Counted from the stretch's first letter, positions 1 to 9,495 are shown. The stretch: 64,000 nt of DNA from an uncultured Christensenella sp. (GCA_910584975.1 CAJUEA010000001.1:269651-333650), one strand, 5' to 3'. Translations and numbers: made by a program. The notes: generated by a model from the sequence alone, not told the origin.

Positions 1-259
1 TCATTGGCTCAAATTCTTTTTTTAGTATGTCTAACCAATCTTTATAAAGATTAATTTTTTTAAAAGTATCAAATATTTTATTATAGAATAATGCAGAAAT
101 TACACCAATAAAAGTACCAACTAAACCACATAAAATGTTGTTATGCGAAATATTTTCTCCATAAAAAAAACTTAGTATAATAGAAATAATTAGAATGAGG
201 GTAATTATAAATAACGCAATGATATTTAGTATAAGCTGTTTTTTGATATTATTTTTCAT
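1..259 (-). CDS. small membrane protein, C-terminus outside window (partial)
   Basis: Not in the ORF track because it runs off the window. A reverse-strand ATG at 259-257 opens an uninterrupted frame to position 2 (MKNNIKKQLILNIIALFIITLILIISIILSFFYGEN...). It has two hydrophobic helices. Confidence 0.4.
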   Translation of the reverse strand, partial: MKNNIKKQLILNIIALFIITLILIISIILSFFYGENISHNNILCGLVGTFIGVISALFYNKIFDTFKKINLYKDWLDILKKEFEPM

Positions 260-471
260 AATTATTTTCCATATGATTTTTTACTATTATAGCAAGAATA
301 TATGTTTTTGTCAATAAAAGTCGTTTATTATTTTATTTTACGGGAAATAAAATAGTTGTTTAATATAAGCTTGAGCTGTAAATTTTATTTAGATTGATTT
401 TTGTTTTTTCTTGTGGTATAATTAAGAAAATGTGATTTTTGTTGTTTGCAGGGGAGAAAAAGGAAGATTGG

Positions 472-1032
472 ATGAGTGAGGTTTTAGTTTTTAGTGACAG
501 GGCACAATTTAGGGAATGGCTGGATGAGAATTGTTTGTCGGAAGATGGCGTTTGGTTGTTGTTTGGCAAGGTTGGTGGGCCAAAAACAATTAAGGCGAAT
601 GAGGCTTTGGAAGAGGCGTTATGTTTTGGTTGGATAGATGGTCAAATGCAGAGCATTGATGAGAAAAGTTATAAAAAATATTTTTCTATACGCAGAGCAA
701 ATAGCAAATGGTCAGAAAAAAATAAGGCTTTGGTTAAAATACTTGAAGACAAAAACATTATGACTGAATTTGGTAGGAAAAAGATAGATGAGGCAAAGCA
801 AAACGGACAATGGAATGCTCCAAAAGCAGAGCCAATTACTGATGAGCAAATTGCAGAATTATCGTGTATTTTGCAAGCATTTGCGCCTGCATATTCTAAT
901 TTTCAAGCAATGTCATTATCTGTAAAAAAGACATATGCAAAAGCATATCTTGATGCAAAAACAGAGCAAGGGCGTGCAAAACGCATTGCTTGGATGGTGG
1001 AAAGATTGAACAAAAACTTAAAGCCAATGTGA
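472..1032 (+). CDS. YdeI/OmpD-associated family protein (DUF1801-type)
   Basis: ORF 439..1032. I place the start at the ATG at 472, which follows a GAAAAAGGAAG SD. FREWL, WLLFGK, CFGWIDGQ and a C-terminal RIAWMVERL resemble YdeI-like proteins as I remember them. Confidence 0.65.
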   Translation: MSEVLVFSDRAQFREWLDENCLSEDGVWLLFGKVGGPKTIKANEALEEALCFGWIDGQMQSIDEKSYKKYFSIRRANSKWSEKNKALVKILEDKNIMTEFGRKKIDEAKQNGQWNAPKAEPITDEQIAELSCILQAFAPAYSNFQAMSLSVKKTYAKAYLDAKTEQGRAKRIAWMVERLNKNLKPM

Positions 1033-1210
1033 TAAAGCTTTTGTTTAAAATAGTCAATATTAAAAGTAATCATTATGTTTTGAGTTAAAAATATTAAAAG
1101 ATATGTTTTGCAGGGCAAAGCAAACTGGTTATGATACTTATATTTGCGATTAATTTCAAAAATATGTTTTATAAATATGAGGTGGAAATAATATAAAAAT
1201 TGAAAAGATT

Positions 1211-1561
1211 GTGAAAAATAATGTGGAGATAGCACATATAACAGCTGAAGAAGTTGTGATAAACGACCTGCAAAGTGCTATTGATTTGATGATGACTGTT
1301 AAATATGAAACGGGCATTAAAAACATTGTGCTTTCAAAAGAATTGGTTGTGGATAAGTTTTTTATTTTAACCATTGGTTTGGCAGGAGAGATTTTGCAAA
1401 AATTTATAAACTATCAATTCCGTATTGCAATTTATGGCGATTATTCAAAATATACAAGTAAGCCACTTAAAGATTTCATTTATGAAAGCAATAACGGGCA
1501 CGATATATTTTTTACCGATAGTTTGCAAATGGCAATAGAAAAATTGTGTGAAACAAAATAA
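1211..1561 (+). CDS. DUF4180 domain protein
   Basis: Motifs LQSAIDLMMTVKYE, LAGEILQKFINYQFRIAIYGDYSKYTSKPLKDFIYESNNG and DIFF are typical of DUF4180. The start is uncertain. GTG 1211 has no SD at the right distance, whereas GAGGTGG at 1179-1185 is followed in frame by ATA 1193 and ATT 1199. Confidence 0.7.
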   Translation: MKNNVEIAHITAEEVVINDLQSAIDLMMTVKYETGIKNIVLSKELVVDKFFILTIGLAGEILQKFINYQFRIAIYGDYSKYTSKPLKDFIYESNNGHDIFFTDSLQMAIEKLCETK

Positions 1562-1650
1562 ATAAAAACATATTATTAATTTTAGCAGTATAGTATAATA
1601 ATTTATGATTTTTTAAAGTTATAAAGAATTAAAATAACTATTTAAAAGTA

Positions 1651-1680
1651 AAAACACGCATATTTGTAATTGCGTGTTTT
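1651..1680. terminator. bidirectional intrinsic terminator between convergent genes
   Basis: AAAACACGCA (1651-1660) pairs perfectly with TGCGTGTTTT (1671-1680) around a 10-nt loop. It is flanked by A and T runs. Confidence 0.6.
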
Positions 1681-1742
1681 GCTTTGCATATGATAAAAAA
1701 GATATTTATCAAAGGTATTTAATTGTTTGTTAATATTGAATA

Positions 1743-2189
1743 TTAGTCAATATCTTTAATCATTTGGTTATAGTCAAGGGGGGTATAGCCTAGTTGTTTG
1801 TATAATTTGATTGCTTGGGTGTTGCAGTTTGTAACTTCCAAGCGATATCTTTTTGCAGGGTAGTTTTGATAGACATATTCAAAAAAGGCTTTGCCAATGC
1901 CTAAGCTACGATATTCTTTTTTAATATACAATTCTTCAAGCCAAACGACATTTCCACCTGCCTCAATGGAATAGGTCAATGCAATATTGCCATAACCAAC
2001 AATTTTGGAGTCAAGTACTATCATAAAAAGTCTAGCATAAGGGTTGTCATTTAGACAGAATTTGAAGGCATTTTCAAAATGAGAAATATCCACAATGTGG
2101 TCGCAACATGGCATTTCGTAGAAGTCCTTTGCCATACTCAAATATTCTTGATAATCGCCTTTTGATATTTGTCGAATTATTAAATTCAT
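1743..2189 (-). CDS. GNAT family N-acetyltransferase
   Basis: 148 aa. The acetyl-CoA-binding core LYIKKEYRSLGIGKAFF and a C-terminal AIKLYKQLGY are classic GNAT motifs. Confidence 0.85.
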   Translation of the reverse strand: MNLIIRQISKGDYQEYLSMAKDFYEMPCCDHIVDISHFENAFKFCLNDNPYARLFMIVLDSKIVGYGNIALTYSIEAGGNVVWLEELYIKKEYRSLGIGKAFFEYVYQNYPAKRYRLEVTNCNTQAIKLYKQLGYTPLDYNQMIKDID

Positions 2190-2242
2190 TGATAACCTCG
2201 CTGAAAAGATAATAACTTTTATTTATGCTTTAAACATATTAA

Positions 2243-2782
2243 TTAATCTTCGTCGTCATCATAGTCGCCACTATTAACTTTGTTTAAACTATATTTTTTT
2301 AATCTCAAATGACGAAGAATTCCGTATCTCATTTTTAAAGCAATTTTGTAAGTAAGTAGGCCTGTAAGTCCAAACATAACCAATCCACAAATTGCAAGAA
2401 CAAAAGCACCAACTTTCATACCGGCAGTTGTAAAGATAGGATCCGTCCAAGCCTTTACAAGATACATTGCACCACTTATTCCACAAAGCACTGCGATAAA
2501 AATCATTGCAAGTGTGCAAAGACAAGCCACGGGTGTTGCCACACCCCAGAAAATAATGTCATTCATTAGTATTTCATTTTTTGATTTAGGGCAGTTATCC
2601 ACATACAAGTTGTCAATATAATCTTGAATAGGGCCAAGCTCCTCAATAATTTCTTCTTCGCTTTTGCCGATTTTTTTCATACGGCGAATTTGATTGTCTG
2701 TTTGTCTTAAAGCATCTTCAATATCAAAGTAGTTTTGAGATGTCAACTCTTTTTCCAGATTTTCCAAATATTTATCTAACAT
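2243..2782 (-). CDS. DUF1700-like membrane protein
   Basis: ORF 2243..2794. I moved the start to the ATG at 2782, which sits behind GGAGG. The N-terminus MLDKYLENLEKEL...EEIIEELG is followed by 3 TM helices and an acidic tail. The family call is tentative. Confidence 0.5.
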   Translation of the reverse strand: MLDKYLENLEKELTSQNYFDIEDALRQTDNQIRRMKKIGKSEEEIIEELGPIQDYIDNLYVDNCPKSKNEILMNDIIFWGVATPVACLCTLAMIFIAVLCGISGAMYLVKAWTDPIFTTAGMKVGAFVLAICGLVMFGLTGLLTYKIALKMRYGILRHLRLKKYSLNKVNSGDYDDDED

Positions 2783-2839
2783 AAATACCTCCAATAATAA
2801 GCCACTTTAAAGCTTTTTTGCAAAATATAATTTGCAAAC

Positions 2840-3970
2840 TTAATCGTTTAATTTGTAACAAATGCAGTTGCAGTGTGTTGCAATGCCTTCCTCTCTTCCT
2901 ACAAAACCAAGTCCTTCAGTTGTTGTAGCAGAAATGCTGATTTTGTCCTTTGGAATACCAATGACTTGCGCCAAGTTTTCAGCAATAGCAGGAATGATTT
3001 TGGCAAGCTTTGGTTTTTCGCACATCAAAACGGCATTAATGTTTTGAACTTCAAAGCCTTTTTTCCTTATAATTGATAAACATTCTTTTAGCAAAACAAT
3101 GCTGCTTATTCCTTTGTATTTGTTGTCGCTGTCAGGGAAGTGATAGCCAATGTCTCTTTCGTCGCACGCCCCAAAAATTGCATCCATAATTGCGTGGGTA
3201 AGCACATCTGCATCGGAGTGCCCCAATAAGCCTTTGTCGTGGTCAATTTTTATTCCACCAAGAATAAGTTCTCTTCTTTCAACAAGTCGGTGAGTGTCAT
3301 AGCCCACGCCTATATAGCAGTTTTTGAAAGAAAGCAAATCTTCTTTGTAGGTAATTTTTTTGTTTGAAGGCGAACCTAAACTGATTGTGCAAGGAGCAAT
3401 ATATTTTGCATAAACTCCTGAATCGTCAGTGAAAGTTTGTCCTTTTTCAATCAAATTATATGCCTTTTTAATATCTTCAATTCTAAAAGATTGAGGTGTT
3501 TGCAAGTTATAGATTTTTTCTCTTTGCAAGCAGCTGGTTATTTTTCCGTTTTCCACAACTGCCGTTGTGTCAATGCTAGGATAACCACTTATTCCACTGC
3601 CATATTGAAGAGCAGTGTTAATGCTATCCAAAATGATTTGTTCGGTCACAAATGGTCTTGCCCCATCGTGAATGCAAACAATGTCGCAACCATCTGCAAT
3701 ATCAAGTCCGTTTGCAACGCTTTGACTGCGTGTTTCTCCACCACAACAAAAAACAATTTTGCTATCAAATTCTTTCAATTCATTATCAAATAATTCTCTC
3801 TCTTCTTTTTGAATTGGAAGAATGATTTTGCTTATGCAATCAATATTAAAAAACTTGCTCACTGTGTTGTAAATTACTGATTTAGTACCGATTTTCGCAA
3901 GTAATTTGTTGTAATTGAGCCCTGTGCGACTTCCATTTCCACCACAAGGAATGATAACATTTACTTTCAT
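2840..3970 (-). CDS. ispDF: bifunctional 2-C-methyl-D-erythritol 4-phosphate cytidylyltransferase / MEcPP synthase (IspDF fusion)
   Basis: The N-terminal half has the IspD P-loop-like PCGGNGSR and IHDGARPF motifs. The C-terminal half has the IspF signatures GVGYDTHRL, GHSDADVLTHA and PKL. Confidence 0.9.
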   Translation of the reverse strand: MKVNVIIPCGGNGSRTGLNYNKLLAKIGTKSVIYNTVSKFFNIDCISKIILPIQKEERELFDNELKEFDSKIVFCCGGETRSQSVANGLDIADGCDIVCIHDGARPFVTEQIILDSINTALQYGSGISGYPSIDTTAVVENGKITSCLQREKIYNLQTPQSFRIEDIKKAYNLIEKGQTFTDDSGVYAKYIAPCTISLGSPSNKKITYKEDLLSFKNCYIGVGYDTHRLVERRELILGGIKIDHDKGLLGHSDADVLTHAIMDAIFGACDERDIGYHFPDSDNKYKGISSIVLLKECLSIIRKKGFEVQNINAVLMCEKPKLAKIIPAIAENLAQVIGIPKDKISISATTTEGLGFVGREEGIATHCNCICYKLND

Positions 3971-4608
3971 TTTTTAACCTTTTTATTTGACTTTTTTTTG
4001 TTTTTGTGCTTGCTAAATTCCAAAGGATTATAGCCTTTGTATTTTTCAATTCGCTCTGCAATTTCTTCTTCACTAAGCCCAATAGGTATATCTTTCATTT
4101 TGCCACGATAAATCATGTGAATATTTTTTACAAATTTGAAATCCTCTGGTTGCATAATCCAAAAGTGTTTTGGCATTTCAATTTCTGGGCAAGCATAGTC
4201 CAAACATTCTGCCACAAATTGTGAGCAAACTCGTTTGTATTTGCGTGGCATTTTAATTTTGAACCAACAAGCAAACAGCCCAAGGTTATTAAACTTAAAC
4301 TCCTTTTTGCTGTTCAAAAAATAATCAATTTTTTCTTTTATTTTTGCATGCTGTTCTTCAGTAACTTCAGCTGTGTATATTTGACACAAACATTCTTTTG
4401 ATTTGCCAAATACACCTGTGTCAAATGTTTCTCTTTTCATTTGACCAATCACAGGATTGTTGGGATATTTTCTGGTAAAGCTATACATTTGTTCATAATT
4501 ACCATCAAGTGAAATAGAAGTGTGAGAAAATTCTGTTCCAGTACATTTTCTTATGCTTCTTGCAAGCACGGTATTAGTTTGTGATAGTAAAATATATATT
4601 CTGCGCAT
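3967..4608 (-). CDS. permuted papain-fold (NlpC/P60 superfamily, YiiX/YaeF-like) protein with Lys-rich tail
   Basis: His (FSHTSISLD) comes before Cys (RVCSQFVAECL), which is the permuted order. The gene overlaps ispDF by 4 nt (ATGA). The family call comes from motif order only. Confidence 0.45.
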   Translation of the reverse strand: MRRIYILLSQTNTVLARSIRKCTGTEFSHTSISLDGNYEQMYSFTRKYPNNPVIGQMKRETFDTGVFGKSKECLCQIYTAEVTEEQHAKIKEKIDYFLNSKKEFKFNNLGLFACWFKIKMPRKYKRVCSQFVAECLDYACPEIEMPKHFWIMQPEDFKFVKNIHMIYRGKMKDIPIGLSEEEIAERIEKYKGYNPLEFSKHKNKKKSNKKVKK

Positions 4609-4825
4609 AAATACCTCATAATTAATTTATTATAGCACAAAAATATCCAAATAGTCAAGTTTTGCCAAAAATTCTATAATATTTATAATAAATTGCATTA
4701 TTTTAAATTTTCTGTTGATTTTTTTTTAATAAAATGATAAAATAACTATATATTAATAAATTTATCAAATGGAAAAATTTAGCAGTTTTGTTGCCATCAT
4801 TATGACGGCACAAATATGGAGAGTT

Positions 4826-5791
4826 ATGAAAAAAAAGGTTATTGCAGTTTTAGTTTTATCTTTGATTTTGATTTTTGCTTTAATTGGTTGTGATGTAAAA
4901 TTGGAAAAAATACAACTGGCAATGGGAAGTGATACAAAACTTAAAACTTTAATATTGACAGATATAAAATTTGATGGCACATCAGCAGATGATGTTCGCG
5001 AGCGTATTATCACCAGTTTGGTAAATCAAAGGGAGCCTGAATTTATCGCTATCAATGGCAATATCGTAAATGCAGAAAACAATGGCGAGGTTATGAAAAA
5101 AGCCGTTAAATTTATTGACAGCTTTGGAATACCTTGGGCAACTTCTATTGGCGAGTTGGATGTTAAAGGCAATACTCCAAAAAAGAAAATTGTAAAAATA
5201 CTTACAGATAAAAGTTTGAAAAATAGTATGGTGTTGCACGGCGAAAGCTATGAATACAATTATATTTTGGAAGTGGTGGATACAAAATCAAGCATTAAAC
5301 ATTTGTTTTATTTTATTGATACTTCAGAAAGATGCAGCGACGAACTTGTTGAATGGTACACAAATACAATAAAAAACATCAGCTTTAAAAATGTTGACAA
5401 AAAAGGCAATATGTTAAAAAGTGAAGTGTTTATTAATAAGCCATTGCCTGTTTACACAGAAAACACAGATGCAATCAATAGCAATGGTTACGAGGTAAGT
5501 GTTTGGGAAAATAGTGCAATTTTTGAAAATGCAATTTTAAATTCAAACAGCACAAAAGCAGTTTATGCAGGAACAGATAATCTTGCAAACGGTGCATATC
5601 ACAGAAAAAAAGAAATTTTGTTTGCATATGTAATTTCAATGGCTTTTGACAGTTCAATGAAAGGTACAGATTACGATATGCAAAAAAGAAAAGTTGGTGG
5701 TTCATATTATGACTTTACCGATTCATCAAGTTTGGATAGTTTGAGTTCAATAAGAAAGTTGCCTGATGATTTCAAGGAGTCTGTTTCATAA
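4826..5791 (+). CDS. lipoprotein of unknown function (degenerate metallophosphoesterase-like N-terminal half?)
   Basis: ORF 4769..5791. I place the start at the ATG at 4826, after GGAGAG. The signal peptide is MKKKVIAVLVLSLILIFALIGC, with lipobox LIGC. Confidence 0.6.
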   Translation: MKKKVIAVLVLSLILIFALIGCDVKLEKIQLAMGSDTKLKTLILTDIKFDGTSADDVRERIITSLVNQREPEFIAINGNIVNAENNGEVMKKAVKFIDSFGIPWATSIGELDVKGNTPKKKIVKILTDKSLKNSMVLHGESYEYNYILEVVDTKSSIKHLFYFIDTSERCSDELVEWYTNTIKNISFKNVDKKGNMLKSEVFINKPLPVYTENTDAINSNGYEVSVWENSAIFENAILNSNSTKAVYAGTDNLANGAYHRKKEILFAYVISMAFDSSMKGTDYDMQKRKVGGSYYDFTDSSSLDSLSSIRKLPDDFKESVS

Positions 5792-5836
5792 TATTTTTAG
5801 CATTAACCCCGATTTTTGAGGGGAATTTGAAAAAAC

Positions 5837-5869
5837 AAAACACTTTTGCGAAATTGCAAAAGTGTTTTT
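5837..5869. terminator. bidirectional intrinsic terminator
   Basis: A perfect 13-bp stem: AAAACACTTTTGC (5837-5849) with GCAAAAGTGTTTT (5856-5868). It lies between convergent genes. Confidence 0.7.
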
Positions 5870-5929
5870 ATCATTTTGTTGTGTTATTGTAAAGTTTTAA
5901 CAAAAAGCTTTTTCGCGTTTGTTGAAAAA

Positions 5930-7156
5930 TCAAATTTCGCCGGTTACAACATTGTCTTCATTATCAATGGTGTTGTCTGCAATGTCCATTTTAATTTCGT
6001 TTGCAGCATTTGCCACGGCTTTTTGTTCAGCAGCATTGTTTTCATCCATTGCAGTTTGCAACATTTGTTCAAATTTTTGAATGCTGGTTGCAATGTGATA
6101 ATTTTTTACATATTCAGCATATTGCTTTGAATATTCGGCCTTTTCTTCAGGGTGCTCAATCCAGTAGTCAATTTTGTTTGCTAGGTCAGTGCTGTTGCCA
6201 TTTTCAAATAGACTTTTTTCTGTAAGTGCAAATTGTTTTGTTGCTGAAACAGGGCTGTTTGAAATGATAGGCACAAGTCCACAAGCCATAGCCTCCAAAC
6301 AAGAAATTGCCTCAATTTCCACTTCAGCAGCGTGAACATACAAATCACTATATTGCAAAACTTTGATTAAATCCTGAGTGCAGTATTTGTCAAAAATTGG
6401 TTGAATAGGCAATTTTTTTGCAAGTTTTTTGTAATAATTTGTTCTTGGACCTCTGCCAGCAAAAATCAGTTGAATTTTATCTTTATATTTGCTTTTTGCA
6501 ACGGCTTTAATCAAAATGTCTTGTTTTTTCTCTATGCTAAGTCTGCCAACCATAGTGATTATAATTTTGTCTTTGCATTCACTTGGTTTTTCATTTTGAA
6601 TTGGAGTGAAACAATCATTTATTCCGTTGCTGATAACATGCAATTGATTTGTGTATTTGTGTGCCTTCAATTCGTCTGCAATAAATTGACTTGGGCAGTG
6701 GATATGTTTAACATTTTTATAAAACATATTTCTAAACATCCAATATATGAAATTTATTGCGAATTTTGATTTGCCAATGCCTATATTATAAGTCACATTT
6801 TCGGCTTGAACATGGAATGCAGCAGTGTAAGGCTTGTGCAATTTTTTTGCAATTTTCACACCTGTTTGGGACAACTTCCAAGGCATTAAAAAATGCACAA
6901 CATCGCACCAACTGATTGCCTCTTGCAAAACATCCAATTTAGGTTTTGCAAAAAGTTGATCCTGTGCGTGTGCATACCAAGTTGCAATCAAAACATGCCT
7001 TTCTGGAACGATATATAAATTTTCGTCAGGTTCGCCAGTTGTAACAATGCGAACCTCATGACCAACTTTTCTCAAAGAATCAGCAAAACGAACGGTAGAA
7101 ATTGAAATACCGTTGTTATGAGATTTATATTGGTCAATTACAAATAATATTTTCAT
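5930..7156 (-). CDS. glycosyltransferase family 4 (possibly a glycolipid synthase)
   Basis: ORF 5930..7171. I place the start at the ATG at 7156, behind GGAGAA. MKILFVIDQY...GHEVRIVT begins a GT-B fold, and the EX7E-like region is HAAEVEIEAISCLEAMACG. Confidence 0.85.
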   Translation of the reverse strand: MKILFVIDQYKSHNNGISISTVRFADSLRKVGHEVRIVTTGEPDENLYIVPERHVLIATWYAHAQDQLFAKPKLDVLQEAISWCDVVHFLMPWKLSQTGVKIAKKLHKPYTAAFHVQAENVTYNIGIGKSKFAINFIYWMFRNMFYKNVKHIHCPSQFIADELKAHKYTNQLHVISNGINDCFTPIQNEKPSECKDKIIITMVGRLSIEKKQDILIKAVAKSKYKDKIQLIFAGRGPRTNYYKKLAKKLPIQPIFDKYCTQDLIKVLQYSDLYVHAAEVEIEAISCLEAMACGLVPIISNSPVSATKQFALTEKSLFENGNSTDLANKIDYWIEHPEEKAEYSKQYAEYVKNYHIATSIQKFEQMLQTAMDENNAAEQKAVANAANEIKMDIADNTIDNEDNVVTGEI

Positions 7157-7761
7157 GAGTTCTCCAAGCAAGAATATATCAATTTAAAAGCCCGTTTTCA
7201 AGATAAAACAAAGCATTTTAAAGTTGTTCTTTTGTATGCAATTGCAAAAAATATATTGCCTGTTTTGCAAATTATTTAAGAAAATAAAATTCTATGCTAT
7301 TGTTGTTTGCTAAAATAATAATATCATAGTAAATTAATAAAGTCAACAATAAAGTGAATAAATTTACATTAGATGAACTTAATAGACATTTTGATATAAA
7401 ATGTTTCATTTTCAACTTATTTCAGTGCGTGTTAAAAAAAACAAGCTTTCTTAATTATATTGAAAACTAAAATAATATGTTAGTGCAAATTTATATTAGG
7501 TCTAAAAAATAAACAAAAAAATAATTTTTTTGCAATTTTTTATAGCTTATAAAAATTTTTGACAAATTTAAATATTTTATAACATATTATTGTTATTGCA
7601 AGAAAGGTTGTATTGAATTTTTGCTAAAAAAGCTTGCAATATGAGAAATCATACTTGCATATAGCGTTTTGAGGTAAAGTTTAGTGCGCAAAACATAATT
7701 TTTTATGCAGTTTAGCAATAAATAGTTTTCAAGGTGGATTTGCAGTCAGCCTTAATATCTC

Positions 7762-7790
7762 TTGACAACATTATAATAATGTTATATACT
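7762..7790 (+). promoter_or_regulatory. sigma-A type promoter upstream of nagB with a palindromic spacer
   Basis: TTGACA (7762-7767), a 17-nt spacer, then TATACT (7785-7790). The spacer contains the perfect 15-nt palindrome ACATTATAATAATGT (7768-7782). Confidence 0.5.
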
Positions 7791-7929
7791 AGAAATATTA
7801 ACTATTAAATAAGTTTGTGTAAATTTGATTGTAAAATGGAAGTTTGTCAAGTTTATGGGTTTGGTTTTAATTTCAGTTGCTGCAATATATTGTTGCAATT
7901 TTAGATAAAAAATAATTTAGAGGTGAAAT

Positions 7930-8655
7930 ATGAAAGTTATCGTTACAAAAAACACTGATGAGCTAGCTGCTGAAGCTTTAAAGGTTATGTTGGATGTTGT
8001 GCAAAACAATCCAAATGCGGTTATAGGTCTTGCAACCGGTTCAAGTCCAGTTGGGCTTTACAAAAAGATGATTGAGGATCACAAAACAAATGGCACAACA
8101 TATGCAAATATAAAATCTGTAAATCTTGACGAGTATGTTGGTTTGGGCATTGAGTCTGACCAAAGCTATGTTTATTTTATGAATGACAATTTGTTCAAAG
8201 GCATTGATATCAAAGCCGAAAACACAAATTTGCCAAATGGAAAGGCAAAGGATATGAAAGAAGAGTGTGCAAGATACACAGCACTTTTGAACAGTATGCC
8301 ACAAGATATTCAGTTGCTTGGCATTGGCGCAAATGGACACATTGGATTTAATGAGCCAAACACTCCATTTGACAGCACAACTCACATTGTAGAGCTTGAG
8401 GAAGGCACAAGACGCGACAACGCAAGATTTTTTGCAAGCTTAGATGAGGTTCCAACTCACGCAATCACAATGGGTATTGCAAACATTATGAATGCAAAAA
8501 AGATTTTGGTTGTTGCAAATGGCGCAAACAAAGCAAAAGCTGTTTATCAAATGATTAAAGGCGAGGTAAGCGAAAGCTGCCCTGCAAGCATTTTGCAAAA
8601 ACACAATGATGTTGTGGTTGTTGTTGACGAGGCAGCTTATTCACTTTGCAAATAA
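7930..8655 (+). CDS. nagB: glucosamine-6-phosphate deaminase
   Basis: GLATGSSP, NLDEYVGL and LLGIGANGHIGFNEP are canonical NagB motifs. The SD is AGAGGTG. Confidence 0.95.
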   Translation: MKVIVTKNTDELAAEALKVMLDVVQNNPNAVIGLATGSSPVGLYKKMIEDHKTNGTTYANIKSVNLDEYVGLGIESDQSYVYFMNDNLFKGIDIKAENTNLPNGKAKDMKEECARYTALLNSMPQDIQLLGIGANGHIGFNEPNTPFDSTTHIVELEEGTRRDNARFFASLDEVPTHAITMGIANIMNAKKILVVANGANKAKAVYQMIKGEVSESCPASILQKHNDVVVVVDEAAYSLCK

Positions 8656-8667
8656 CAGAGGCCTTTT

Positions 8668-9495
8668 ATGCAAAAGATATATGTTGACAGAAAAATTGAA
8701 AAGTCAAGGATAATAATATATTGTCTTGAAGGTTCACTTGCAATTTTTGGGGTGGTGATGTTTGCGTTGGCACTTGCAAAAATAGGCTTTGAGCATTTGC
8801 CAATGGGCAGTCGCATAAGTGGTTCGCTTATGGCAATCTTGCTTGCATTTGCTTTTATGCTTGTGGAGTTGATTTTCAGATATCGTTTTCCTATTATGTT
8901 GCATATCATTTATTTTGCATATGTCTTTGCATCAGTAATTGTTGGCAGTTGCTTTGGCGTTTTCAGAATGGATGTGCCTATTATGGGCGATATGATTGGG
9001 TGGTATGACAAAGTCACTCACGCTGTTCTTGGCTATATCTTGTGCGTAATTGCAGTTTATTTGGGTCAAAAAGCCAAAGTTTGGGGCAAAACAAAATCAG
9101 GTGATGTGCTTTTGATTATTGCAATCAGTATGGCATATGCATCTTTGTGGGAAATGTTTGAGTTTACTGTTGACCATGTTATCCCGGGACAATCAATGCA
9201 ACGCAACAGCTTGATTGACACAATGCTTGATATCACTTGTCACTTTGCACTTACAATGGTGTTTGTTGTGCAGTATCTTGTTGAAAAGTGTTGCAAAATC
9301 AATCTTGGCATTGCGTTTATTGAAAAAAATCTTCAAAGTGGTGGAAGCGTTCCAAAGAAAAATCAAAAAATGGAAATTGCACAAAATGCTGCAAGCAGTG
9401 ACATTCAAAATGAAGATGTAAGTGCACAAACAAATGTTGTTGCAGAAAGTTGTGCAGAGAATTGTCAAAATGACGAGCAGGCACTTGAGGACTAA
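8668..9495 (+). CDS. multi-pass membrane protein (YjdF/DUF2238-like?) with acidic C-terminal tail
   Basis: About 6 TM helices. DKVTHAVLGY and LWEMFEFTVDH resemble YjdF-type proteins, but the family call is tentative. Probably co-transcribed with nagB, given the 12-nt gap. Confidence 0.5.
   Translation: MQKIYVDRKIEKSRIIIYCLEGSLAIFGVVMFALALAKIGFEHLPMGSRISGSLMAILLAFAFMLVELIFRYRFPIMLHIIYFAYVFASVIVGSCFGVFRMDVPIMGDMIGWYDKVTHAVLGYILCVIAVYLGQKAKVWGKTKSGDVLLIIAISMAYASLWEMFEFTVDHVIPGQSMQRNSLIDTMLDITCHFALTMVFVVQYLVEKCCKINLGIAFIEKNLQSGGSVPKKNQKMEIAQNAASSDIQNEDVSAQTNVVAESCAENCQNDEQALED

Noticed and set aside
360-1374. Reverse-strand ORFs 360..569, 903..1235 and 1156..1374
   Set aside because: They are antisense to, or overlap, better-supported forward genes and promoters. 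They are AT-rich, low-complexity translations with no SD.
8036-8056. tRNA-like T-arm string GGTTCAAGTCC
   Set aside because: It lies in frame within nagB (ATGSSPVGL), and no acceptor or anticodon arms can be drawn around it.
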